In this document: in pieces, positions 25,101 to 36,600 of the stretch | Position numbering within the stretch: position 1 is the stretch's first letter | Layout of the letters: each line of letters starts with the position of its first letter | From: Cyanophora paradoxa CCMP329 | Taxonomy: Eukaryota; Plantae; Glaucophyta | NCBI GenBank assembly: GCA_004431415.1 | Contig: QPMI01000549.1 | Span: 124,001 to 188,000 of the forward strand | DNA: 64,000 bases | Reading direction: 5' to 3' | Position numbers and translations under genes: made by a program | Notes under the pieces: generated by a model | Told to the model about the DNA's origin: nothing | Seen by the model: only the letters and a program-made list of their open reading frames with translations | The model's database searches: none

Positions 25101-27104
25101 CGGATCACGTTTCGCCGGCAGCAGCTCCGAATCCGGATGTCAACGATGTCAACAGGTCGCCCCGAGCTCCCCGATCTGATGCAGGCGTCGATTCCCCGAT
25201 CGATGACGATTCTTCCGATCGCGAGGACGACGATGACAGGAGAGATGGGGGGCGGATTCATGTGCCCAAGCAGAGCGGCGAGGCCTCAGGGTGCGGCATT
25301 TCACTCTGCATACGATGGGCTGCGCAGCCTGATGCAGCCCGCAGCTGCGCCTCGCCACCCACACAGGCTCTGGCCCTGCACCTCGACGTTCACGGAGAGC
25401 AGTTCGGTGGCGATGCCGGCCTTGAACCGAGCAACACAGATGGACCATCTCAAAACTTCGTTCCTTCGCCTTTTGGTTCGAGACTGAATCCCTGTCTACA
25501 GCGTCATCACAAATCGCTGACAACTGCAGCCACAGACGGGCCGCCCGACACGCCAGTCGCAATCGCCGTCGCTGTACCGGGTGGCGATGCGCTCGAGATG
25601 CCCCGGGCTGGACCCTCGTCTTCGTCTTCGCGAAAGCGGAGGTGCGATGTCAACAGTTCGCTGAAAATGACATATCTTCACGGAATTCGCAATGCGCAGG
25701 CGATCGGTCGCGGACGCTGCAACGCAGGCAGACCTCGACCCCCCAGGGCCATCCCCCCAGGCTCTTTTCGCAGCGTTTCTCGCCGCAGTCACGATTGCGG
25801 GGCTGCCCGTACCGGCTCCGGCATCGCCTGTCTTGCCGGCCGCAGCACCATTCGCTATGGAGGCACCAGCCGCGGCTGCCGTGGCACAGCTCCCCGCGGA
25901 GCAGCATGCCTGGGCACCGCCCGTCGCGGAGCCGCTCGCCGCAGCACCTCCCGCTGCCGCGACGCTCCCCGCTGCAGTGCTCCCTGCGGCACTGCCCGCT
26001 GCAGTGCCACTCCTTATGGCGCCGCCTGCTGCGGCGCCACCGGCCGCGGTGCCGCTCCCCATGGTGCCGCCCGTCAGTGCACTGCCCCCTGCCGCACCGC
26101 CCGTAGCGGTGCCGTCCGCTTTCGCCGCGCCCGGCTCGCGCTCCGCGGCCCAGGCCGGTCGTGGCACCTCATCCGCGTCCAGGCGTCCCCGCGGCGGCCG
26201 CGGCGCCTCGTCCGCGTCACGCCGGCCGCCGCCTGAGGCGGAGCCCCGCGCCCGACGACAGAGCGAACGAAAACGATATCCGCCGCTCAAGTTCTGGGAA
26301 CTCGAGCAGATCAAACGGGATGGCTCTGGCTGCATTCTTAAGCCCCATGAAGACAACGTCGATCCTGACCCGCGGCGACGCAAGCCGCGAGGAAAGGTCT
26401 GCGCGCCTCGTTGGGAGGTCCGCTTCCCTCTGCTTCGCTCAGCTTGCCGCAGAAGAGCCATGAGCCCGGCCCCCTCGCAATCGAAGATGAGGAAAACTCT
26501 TCTGTTGTGTCGGACGAGGATGTAGAGGGCCCTGCCCGCGGGTCTCGGAAGCGGAAGACGCCTCCGGGGCAGGCGCCGGAGCCGCAGCCAAAGCGGCAGA
26601 AGCGGAAGATGGTCGATCTCGACGAGTGGGACGACGACGAGGACCAGGCCGCGAGGGAGCCGGCCCCGCCGGCGGTCGGGGCCTCCTCCTGGCCGCCGCC
26701 CTCCTCGTCCTCGGAGAGGCCCGCGGCCCTCGTCCCGGGCGGCGCGCTCGGGCAGCAGCAGCAGCAGCCGCGGCCGTCCCAGTGGGCCTCGAGCTCGAGC
26801 TCGTCGAGCTCCGCCCCGGGCCAGGGCTCCGCTCAGGGCGCCTCAAGCTCCGCTCCCCCGCGCCCCCGCAACCCTTCCGTGGCTCAGGTATTCTTCGAAT
26901 CAGTTTTCCTGCTTTCAAATCCTGACGCAGAGCTTGCAGCAGGCGGCGGGGGAGGAGCCTGGGGCCTCGAGCTCCCCCTCGAATGCGGGTGACGCCGGCG
27001 TGGACGCGGACTCGGACGACGAAAAGGCGCCTGCAGCCCTCTCTTCCCGCTGCGCCTCCCCCGTCTTGGCTCTAACCGCGGCTGCGCAGGAGGACGGGCT
27101 CTGA
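22120..27104 (+). CDS. Unknown large multi-exon protein: globular N-terminal part, acidic and Ala/Pro-rich linker, CENP-C-like motif near the C-terminus
   Basis: A chain of open exons bounded by GT/AG in a region of visibly lower GC. Motif RRQSERKRYPPLKFWELEQI at 26253-26312. Boundaries are approximate. Confidence 0.55.
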
Positions 27105-27296
27105 CGCCCTCCAATACCAATACTCATGTACCCCAAAAATCATGTACTGAACTCCAATACCAATCAAATTTCATTTTGCCGAGATTCGCACACGGCACAT
27201 TCCGCGCTGCCCGCCCCTCCCCCCCCCCCCCCCCCCCCCCCACTTCCCCCCTTCTCCCCCACCCCCCGCCCCCTCTTCTCCCCTTCGCTTTCTTTT

Positions 27297-29381
27297 CCGC
27301 CGCATCGCGCGGGTCGTCACGCGGACGGCGCGCATAGATGAAGGACGCGTACTCCCAGCGCGCCGCCGAGGTGCCCCCGCACCCACACCCCTCGTACCCC
27401 CCTCCCGGCCGGCGGCGCCCTCTGATCCCCCGCGGGGGTGCGCAGTGGGCGGCGTGGGCGCGGGAGAAGCAGGCGGGCTTCGAGCGGCGGGACTTCGAGG
27501 ACCTCAACCGCGCCGCCCGCGAGCTCGCCGCCTTCAAGAAGATCGAGAAGCCCGCCAAGATCCAGGAGAAGCGCGCCCGTACCCCCCGCCGCCTCCCCCG
27601 CGCCCCGGGCGCCCCTCACCGGCGCCCGCCAGGCTGGAGCTCGCCCAGGTCTTCACCAGCATCCTGGCCAAGGTTCGCGTACCCCCGCAGCTCCCGTGCC
27701 GTACCCCCCTGACTCCTTCCCCCCAGAGCCGCGGGGCGTGGCAGCCGCCAGAGGCGATCTCGCCCCAGGCCATCGACGGGCTCTACGTCGGCCTGTCAAA
27801 AGGTCCGCCGGGGTACGCCGTTGCGGCCCCGCGCCCTCCGAGCCGCCCCCGGGGCGCAGGCGGAGCACGAGTACGAGCTCGCCCTGCGCGCGGCGCTCTC
27901 CCGCCGCCGCCGCCTCGACGCCCTCCTCAAGCTCTGGCGTGTCAAGTGCAAGGCGCGCATGCGATCCCGTACCCCCTCTCCACCACCGGCCCCCCAACGA
28001 ACCCGTACCCCCGCAGGGCATGGAGCAGTTCGTGTTGGAGCACGCGGCGATGCTCGCGATCGAGCAGGTCCCCCGCTCCTCCCTCTACGCCGTCCAGGCG
28101 CGTCGCGCACCCCTCCCCCGCCCCCGCCGAGTCCGACGGCGTACCCCCCGCAGACGAAGATCAAGATGCAGGACGCGTTTGCTGACGAGCTCGCCGCCAA
28201 CGCCGACCGCCTCGCGAAGGCCCGTGCCGGCGTACCCCCCTCCCGCTCGCTCCCCCGACCCTCTGCGGATGCGCAGGTCGGGGAGCTGAGGGAGCAGGTG
28301 GTCGCCGCCGCGCCGCTCGCCTCCCACCACCCCGAGGTCAACCGCCGCACCGACGTGCGTAGCCCCCTTCTTCCCCCCCCTCCCCCCTCCCACCTCTCCA
28401 GACCCTCACCCGTACCCCCTTCAGGCCGTGATGGAGGCCTGGGAGACGCTCAAGATCCAGTCCGCCAAGCTGAAGGGCGCGCGCGGCCGTACCCCCCTTC
28501 CCGTCCCCCCCGCGCTCACGCCCCCCCAGAGGCCCTCGCGAAGGAGCTGGCCGTCCAGCAGCGGCTCGAGGAGACGCGCCTCGCGTACGCCTCCAAGGCC
28601 GAGGCCCGTACCCCTCCCCGGCCCCCGGCTCCCAGGAGCCTGAGGGGGGTACGGCAGGCGGTGCACGGGGCTCTGGAGGACCTCATCGACACGGCGCAGG
28701 AGCCCGTGGACGCGTACTCCTCCGAGGAGGCCCAGGCCCGTACCCCCCGTACCCCTCCCCGCCCTCCGTGCCCCCTGAACGGGTCCCCCGCAGGCCATGG
28801 CCGCGGCTCTGGAGCCCCTCCGGAGTACCCTCCAGGCAAAGGCCGCCGACGTCCGTACCCCGTCCCCGCTCCGCCCGGCTCCCCGCTGCCGCCCGACTGC
28901 GCTCCCACTCAGGTGGAGGCGCTGCGGACGCTGGGGGCGAGCCTGCCGGACAACCCCTACTCGCGCCGCTTCCCCGCCGACAAGCTGCAGGCCGAGCTCG
29001 CCGAGGCCCAGGCGCGCCCGTACCCCCTCAGCTCTCTCCCCGCGCCCCCCGCGAGCGCGTGCGCAGCGGCTGCTGGACCAGCGGGCGAAGGCGGTGGAGC
29101 TCGAGATCGTGCGGCAGGCCGAGAACGAGCGCCTGGTCCGCGGCGTACCCCCCGGACAGCGCCACATCTCCCTGACCCGCCGGCCGGGGGCGGCGCAGTG
29201 CCGCTCGTTCGCGGACGACTCGGCGCGGCTGCTGGCGGCCTGCAAGGAGGCCCCCCAGGACGCCGTCAAGGTGCCCCGCACCCCGCCCGGCCCCGCCCCC
29301 CGGCGCCGACCCGCCGGCGCCAGATCATCGCCGCCGGCGCGTCGCCCGAGGAGAGCGCCCGCCACCTCGAGAGTCCGCGAC
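27297..29381 (+). pseudogene. Inverted partial duplicate (exons and introns) of the actinin-like gene segment 17249-19327
   Basis: Near-identical reverse complement of 17249-19327. It lacks both gene ends and has a 5-bp deletion at about 27335 (cgcatGGAGGagatg to cgcatagatg). Confidence 0.92.
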
Positions 29382-29430
29382 GCGCGAGCCGCCCGCCCTT
29401 CCCCGCTACAGCTGGGCATCCTCGCCCCGA

Positions 29431-31767
29431 CACAGCTCGCGAAAAAAAGTCGGTCCCCGCAATTCGACTTGGCTGGGACTCGACTTGGGACTCGAATAAT
29501 TCTCCCCTACCAAAAGTTAAAACACCGGGGGTAGGCACACGCGACTCGGCGAAGCGCGGCGACCAGCACGCGCGGCAGCTCCCGCGCGCAGCAGAGAGCG
29601 CTGCTGCTAGCTCTCAGTCACCATGGAGCCTCAGCAGAAGCTCGTCGGCACCGCCGCGTCCAAAGCCAAGAGGCTGGCCAAACTCGATCGCCTTCAAGGA
29701 AAGCGTGCGCGAAAGCTAGCCCTACGATTCTCAAAGCGCTCCCTATGAAGTCTCGGCAATCAAGTGAGGTATCTCTAGACGCGCTGGGAGCCCGCGAACT
29801 AATCGCTGCGCCGAGATTCTAAGCAAAACGCGCAGGGCCCCCCAGCGGAGAGGCGACGAACGCGAGTGCGCAGGGCCCGGGCGCGAGGCCCAAGCGCCCC
29901 GCGGAGCGTCCAGAAGGTACGGGGAGTCGCGTACGCGCAGCTAGCTCGCCCCCCGCCGCGTCTCCAGCGCTCGAGCTCCCGCGCGCCGCGACGACGTCGA
30001 CGTCGACCCGCGCGCAGTCGCAGCCTCGACTTCTCCGAGGAACAAAGAGAACTGCAATCGCATCGAGAACACCGCCGGTGCGTTCGTTCCGCGGCCCCGC
30101 GCAGCCCCGCGCCGCGCGCACCGAAGTGCGGGTGCAGGTCCGGCGGCGACACCGCCCCGGTCTGCCGGGACCCCCAAGGCGAGCCCGCGAGCTCCTCTGA
30201 GTACGTCCTTTCGGTTTCTGCAGTCCCGAGTCCGCGAGCGCTAGCCGAAGCCACGCGCGCCCGCCGCAGGGACACTTCAGGAGTTGAGTACCGCGGCCGC
30301 GAACAAGAGCGAGACCACGTCTGCGGGCGCCAGGCGCGATTCTGCGGGCGATAGCACACCTCCGCAGGGCTCGGCTTCGTCCCCGGTCCTTCTGCGGACG
30401 GGCCAGCGCTCGCGTACCAATACCCCTACGTACTTCTATTCCCAGCCCAGCCAGCGTGCTCGCCGCGTGGCTAGCGCTTAGCTATCGCCTCATCGCAGCC
30501 GTTCCTCCGCGGCGCCAGTACAGCAGCACAGCAGTCCTGGCACCGGAGAGCCGCCGGCGCAGAGGCGCAAACTCGGCGACCAGATCCTGCGCGATGTCGA
30601 AAAGTACGAACTGTGGAACGCGTTTCATAACTACAACGTTCTTCGTGCGTGTCTCTGCCTCTGCTTGCGCCACGGATGCCGGCACTGACGGTCGGACCAG
30701 CCCTGGTGCAAGAGTGCAACCGGCTGCGGCAAGGTGCGCCCTCGGCCGCGTTGCGTTCTTCCTGCTGTGCTTCCCCTGAACTGGCGTTCAGAGTGCCAAG
30801 AGAAAGACAGGGCTATCGCGGAGCAACAGCTCGAGCTGGAGAGCGTGCGTGGCCGCGCCTTCCAGTACAAGCACCTGTACGAGCGGGAGAAGGATAAGCG
30901 CACGGAAGAGCTTCCCAGCAGCGACCAGCAGCAGCTACATCAGCTACAGGCGGAAGACGCCCGCGCTGTTCGGTTTTGGCTCAGCTTGCCTGAGGACGTG
31001 CGCGGCCTACACGTGCCGCGCAAGGAGCTGCTGGAGGCCGCGGCGTCAACGACCAGGCACCGGGTCGGCGTGCTGTACTCGCTCATCCTGTACCTCTCCG
31101 GCGAGCAAGGAACCGACGAGGGCGGGCGATGGGGCGAGAACGCGTACCGTGCGCTTCACGTGCGCTTTCTTTCACTTGTTTATGGGGATAAAAATGCCCT
31201 TCTGCGCGTCCGAAATGTGAGGAAGTGGCGAGAAGTGAAGGCAGAGGGCGGCGAGAGCGCAGCCACGTCGCGAACCTGCAAGGCGCGGGTCTGGATTCTG
31301 CAGGCTGCGCAGGGCGCCTCGACTGAGGCGCATACTCCGCGGCGGCGTGTAGTAAGGCGACTGCTGCACGGCGTTGGCTGCATTCTGCGCTGCGCCTGCC
31401 GCCAGCGCCGCGAAAACGGGATGCAGAGGCGGGACGTAGTCCGAGAGGAACGCCGCTGGAAAGCTCGTGCGCACGTCGTCGAGGGCCATTGCGAGCGACG
31501 CTGAGCGTTGGGTCGCTGATCTGGGTCGCTGATAGCGCTGTGCAGGAGGCGCGCTGTGTGCTGACGTCTATACCCGGCGACCGAAATTCTCCCTTCCGCC
31601 GGCGTTAAAACCATATATGCATGCACTGATAGAAAGAAATAAGCTCTATGAGAATGTTTATTAAAAAAGGTCTAATTGACTGGCGTAGGGATTTTCCAAG
31701 TCGACTTGCCCCCCCCCCCTGTCATACAAACCGAGTTGTGGGGACCGACTTTTTTTCGCGAGCTGTG
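29431..31767. mobile_element. Non-autonomous TIR DNA transposon, CMC (CACTA/Chapaev)-like
   Basis: Perfect 28-bp TIR CACAGCTCGCGAAAAAAAGTCGGTCCCC (29431-29458 and 31740-31767), 3-bp TSD CGA on both sides, subterminal CGACTTG repeats. Confidence 0.85.
29623..31504 (+). CDS. Hypothetical spliced gene carried inside the TIR element (coiled-coil segment, no transposase motif recognised)
   Basis: ATG 29623 MEPQQKLVGTAASKAKRLAKLDRLQGK followed by a GTGCGC donor. Downstream open frames include ECQEKDRAIAEQQLELESVR..LYEREKDKR. Confidence 0.35.
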
Positions 31768-32393
31768 CGAGGGCCAGCGCGAGGCTAGCTATGGCGCCTG
31801 GCGAGGGCCACGGCCCGGCGGCGATCGCGAGGCCTCGGGCAGGGCCGCAGGCCCAGATCTAGAGCGCCTGTCTAGGCCCGCGAGGTCCACGAGGCCCCTC
31901 CCGGCCCCCAGGCCGCCCCCTCCACGAGGATATCGACCGTGGCCGTAGATCGAATCGATCGCGAAGAGGGGGACTCCCGGCCGCGGGGGCTCTGAGGCTC
32001 CGAGGCTCCGACTCGGAGGAGGCTCTACGGTGAGCCTCTAGTACCCTCTACCGTCCGGTCCGGTCCGGATCCTCTACGCTTGACCTACTTGCGATCGCGA
32101 TCTCTAGAGTTTATACTCGCGATCGTGAGTCTATACTGAGTCTATAGACATGGCCGCCGGTTGACGTTACCAACCGTCGGGCCGGCGTCGGCCCCGCGGA
32201 TTCCGGAGCCGCTGAGCTCGCGCGCGGCGGACTGCCGGGCGGCGGGCGCCGGCGGTTGTGCCGCCGCTTGTGCGGCGATCATCGGATGTGCGGCGTTGTG
32301 CGCAGGCCCGCCGCAGGGCCCCGCGGGCCGGCGCCGGCGGCGGCCCGCCCACCGGGCCACCGGCGCGGCGGCGGCGCGGCGCGGCGCGCCCCC

Positions 32394-33380
32394 GGCCGGC
32401 GCCGGGCCGGCGGGGGCCGCGGGCCCGCGGCGGCGGGGCCCCGCCGGCCCCCCGGCCGCGGCGCCCCCGCGGGCCGCGGCCCGCGGGCCCCGCGGCCCCC
32501 GCCGCAGGCGGCCGCGGGCGCCGCGGCGGGCCCCGCGCGCTTGAAGCCCTTGAGCATGAACCTTTGTTAATGCAAAAAAAAAGTGCTGTCCATGATTCCC
32601 CATGTGCGCATGGCCGGCGCAATGGGCGCATTGGCCGCATCGGCCCGCATGCGTGCGCATGCGGAGGTTCGCTTTTGAGTTCTCGTTCAGAGTCGTGTAC
32701 CCCCTGCCGGAAGCAGTTGCTGCACGCGCGCCCGCGCATGCAGGCCGCATGCTTGCAGGCCCGCGCAACCTGCAAGTTAACGTTGATCATCGGTGACATC
32801 GGATCGATATCGCACGACGAGCGGTCCGGCGGATCATGATCAGCGCCGAAGCTCGGCGGGGCAATCGCAATTATATACGATTGCCCCGCCGATTGCCCCG
32901 AGTGGCCGGCGCCGGGCCGGCGGGGGCCGCGGGCCCGCGGCGGCGGGGCCCCGCCGGCCCCCCGGCCGCGGCGCCCCCGCGGGCCGCGGCCCGCGGGCCC
33001 CGCAGCCCCCGCCGCAGGCGGCCGCGGGCGCCGCGGCGGGCCCCGCGCGCTTGAAGCCCTTGAGCATGAACCTTTGTTAATGCAAAAAAAAAGTGCTGTC
33101 CATGATTCCCCATGTGCGCATGGCCGGCGCAATGGGCGCATTGGCCGCATCGGCCCGCATGCGTGCGCATGCGGAGGTTCGCTTTTGAGTTCTCGTTCAG
33201 AGTCGTGTACCCCCTGCCGGAAGCAGTTGCTGCACGCGCGCCCGCGCATGCAGGCCGCATGCTTGCAGGCCCGCGCAACCTGCAAGTTAACGTTGATCAT
33301 CGGTGACATCGGATCGATATCGCACGACGAGCGGTCCGGCGGATCATGATCAGCGCCGAAGCTCGGCGGGGCAATCGCAA
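32394..33380. repeat. Near-perfect tandem duplication, two 477-bp copies with period 510
   Basis: 32394-32870 equals 32904-33380 (one mismatch seen), separated by a 33-bp junction. Confidence 0.95.
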
Positions 33381-33658
33381 CCTATAGCTAAAACGTAGGC
33401 TCTGCGGCCGATGTTATTCGCTGCGCGAGCTCCGAGGCTACGCAGCGCATGCGCGTGTACTATTTTGTCGGTTAACGTTAGTGGCTTAAGCTTACGGGTG
33501 GCTTGTGGTTGTGCTTTCCCTGCATGCGCAGCTGGCTGAGCAGCGACATGGCCATGCCAGCTGCAGCCACGGTGGCTCGTTGCCTGTAGATAGCAGTACA
33601 GCTTTCAGAGCCCTAGGCCTCGGCCTCGGCCTAGGCCTGCAGCTAATTCCGTGCTTAC

Positions 33659-36600
33659 ATGTGCAACCTCGATGAGTCCATGACCAGCCTTGGCCTGCAC
33701 GTGCTGGACGCGCCCGCGCTAATTATAAATCGCATGCGGGAAGACGATGATCAAGAGCGCGGAGAGCTGCCCGCCGCGGCCGGCGACGAATTCGAGAGCG
33801 GTGTCGACCTCCATGCATATGGCCAGCTCCCCAGCGGCAGCGCCAAGCAGTCCACCGCCTCGTCGATGATCGTGAGTTCGAGGCCGGAAGCGCCCGTGGC
33901 CACGCAGCTGCAGGCGCCGCGCGCTCGAGCTCTCAGCGCGCATCCCGAGGCCCTAGGCCTGGCGGAGCTCGAGGGCCGCCCCGGCGGCGGTGCTGGCGCC
34001 ATGGCCAGCGCCGTCGCCGGCGTCGGTTTGGCGGCCGCGGTCGAGCGCCTCGTCCCCTACATTGCGGCGGACGTGCTCTCGCTGGGCGCCGTGACGGCCC
34101 AGCTCGGGCCGCTTCGCGCGGGGGGCAACGCCGCCGTCGCCTCCGTGCCGGGCGCCGCCCTCTTCGTCGACGGTGCGCCCCGTGCACGTGGGTCGCCGCG
34201 CGCGGCGAAAGACCCCGCCCCCGGCCCATCGGCCAATCGAACGCGGCGGCGCGCGCGCAGTGAGCGGCTTCTCGTCGCTGGCGCGGAGCCTCACGCGCTC
34301 GAGCTCGGGCCTGGGGGCGGCCGCCGGCGCTGTCTCCTGCGAGAAGGTGTCCCCGACCCGCCTCCCGCCCGCCCGCCCCCCCGCCCGCGGTCTCCGCCCC
34401 CGGCAGCCCCGAAACTGACGGACGACCCCCCCCCCCAATCGAACGCAGCTCGTCTCCACACGTGCGTCGCCGCCGCAGCGCCCTTCGCGCGCCAGCCCTC
34501 CCACCTTACACCCCATCGCAGTGAACGAGTACTTCTCGCTGCTCGTGAGCGCCCTGCACGGCAGGGGCCTCGAGGTCCTCTTCTTCGCGGGGGTACGTCT
34601 GCGCGCGCGCGCGCCCCTGCCCGCGAGCCCCCCGCCGCTCCTGCTGAGCGATGCGCAGGACGCCATCGTGGCGTTCGTCCCCGCGACCGAGGGCCGCACC
34701 TTGCAGCAGGCCGCCTCCTCCGCCCTCGCCGCCGCCCTCGAGGGTCCGCTCTCGCTCTCTCGTGCGCTGGAACGCGCTCACCGCTGCGCTCTTCCTTCCC
34801 AGTTCGGGGCATCGCGTTCGAGAAGCAGGGGATCAGGCTCCAGGCGCACACGGGGCTCGGTCCGCCACCGAAGCCGCGCCCCCGCGGTCGCGACCGCCCC
34901 TCGTGATCGTCGCGACCGCGGCGGGGCGCGCAGGGGCGGGGGACCTGCTCGTGTACTTCCTGCGGGGCACGGGCCAGCGCGCGTGGAGCCAGGTCCTCTA
35001 CGTCGGCGACCTCATGACCCAGGGTCCGCCCCAACCGAGCCCGCCCCCCCTCCCCCCCCCTTCCCCCTTCCCCCCTCCCCACCCCCCATCCCCCCGCTTC
35101 GGGATCCGGCCTGTGCGCCCAGCCCCGGCTCTCTTCCCCCCCCCCCCCCTTCCTCCCTCCTCCTCTCCCGCCCCTCTCCCGTCCCTTTCGCGGACAGCAC
35201 TGATCAGAATCGCTCGCGATTCGCGCAGTCTGCGAGGCTCAGCGGGAGTCCTCCGGGGACGACATCGTTCTGTCCGAGCCCGCCCTGGTCCTCCTCGAGG
35301 CCCGCCCGCTCCCTTGCTTCCCCGCCTCCTCCTGCTTAGAGGTTTCCTGGCAGGGGTGCTGCACGGTGGAGCAGGCCGAGGGGCTCGAGCCGGGCGGCCG
35401 CGCCTACTTCCGCCTGACCTCGGCGCCGGCCGCCGAGGCGGAGGCGGAGTCCGACCCGCCCAGCGCCAGCGGCGGCGCGAGCGCGCGGAACTCGCGGCCG
35501 TCCTCCCTGCGCTCCCTCAAGGGCCCGCCGTCGATGCCGAGGGCGCTTTCCACGAAATCGCTCGCGGCGGCGCTGATGAACAGGACGCAGTCGTCCCGCT
35601 CCCTCGCCCCCGCGGCCGCCGCGCCGCCGGCGGAGTGTCCCTGCGCCACCCGCCGGCCCGCCGCCGCCGCCGCGCTGGCCTCGTTCTCGGACGCCATCCT
35701 CCCTCTGCTCCCGGGTGCGGACGTCATCGACCGCGATCACAGCGGCGCGGATGCGCAGCGTGATCGCACTCGCGAGGCCGGGCTGACCCGTTGACGCCGC
35801 CTCGCCGGCAGCTTCGGGATCGAAGAGCGGCACCGGCGGCTACGATTACTTCCACAACGACATCCGCACCGTCTTCATCGTCTTCGGTAGCCCTGTTCCC
35901 GCGGCCGCCCAGATCGAATTTTGCGCCCGCCGGCGCTGAACTCGCCCTCGAAGCCTCGTTCCCGGAGCTCGACACCGTCAACCGCTCGATGCAGGAGGGG
36001 GACCAGTGGCACGCGGCGCGCTTCGCCCAGGTCCGTGGCTCTCGCAGCACGCGGTCCTTTGCGTGCTCTGTGAACTTAAGATTCGACTTAGACGTTGCGC
36101 GAACGACCACGCATTGCGGTAGCTGAGCTTTGTATTCAGGTGACTCGGGCGGTGTATCGGATCGCCGAGGGGCTGGATGGAGACGTGAACAAGGTTTTCC
36201 TGGTGAGAAGCTGTACTCGTGGAGGAGCGCCAAGTAACTTCGAAATATTTAGCATCTAGATCTAGATCTCCTCTTCCGGTGTTTTTCCTGCCTGACCGCT
36301 CGCTCCGCGCATCGGCGTCGCCTACCAAAGGACGACAAGGTGCCGAGCCCCGCGCGCTCCGCGGCGCGACGCCATATGCATGACAGCCGCCGCTGACTCG
36401 CGTGCGCTCGCCCGCTTTGCAGGGCGCGTCGGCGCTCCTGTCGTTCGGGAACCCGGGTCGGAGCCACGAGGACGACGCGGAGCGGGCCGTGCGCGCGGCG
36501 ATGTCGCTCGCCGACTGGTTCGGCGCCAGCGGCTCGCCCTTCGCGGCCGGCGTCGCGGGCGGCCCCACCTTCTGCGGCACGCTCGGCTCGCCGTGCCGCA

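Noticed and set aside
25496-26461. 321-aa Ala/Gly-rich minus-strand ORF
   Set aside because: Antisense shadow of the Ala/Pro-rich plus-strand exon.
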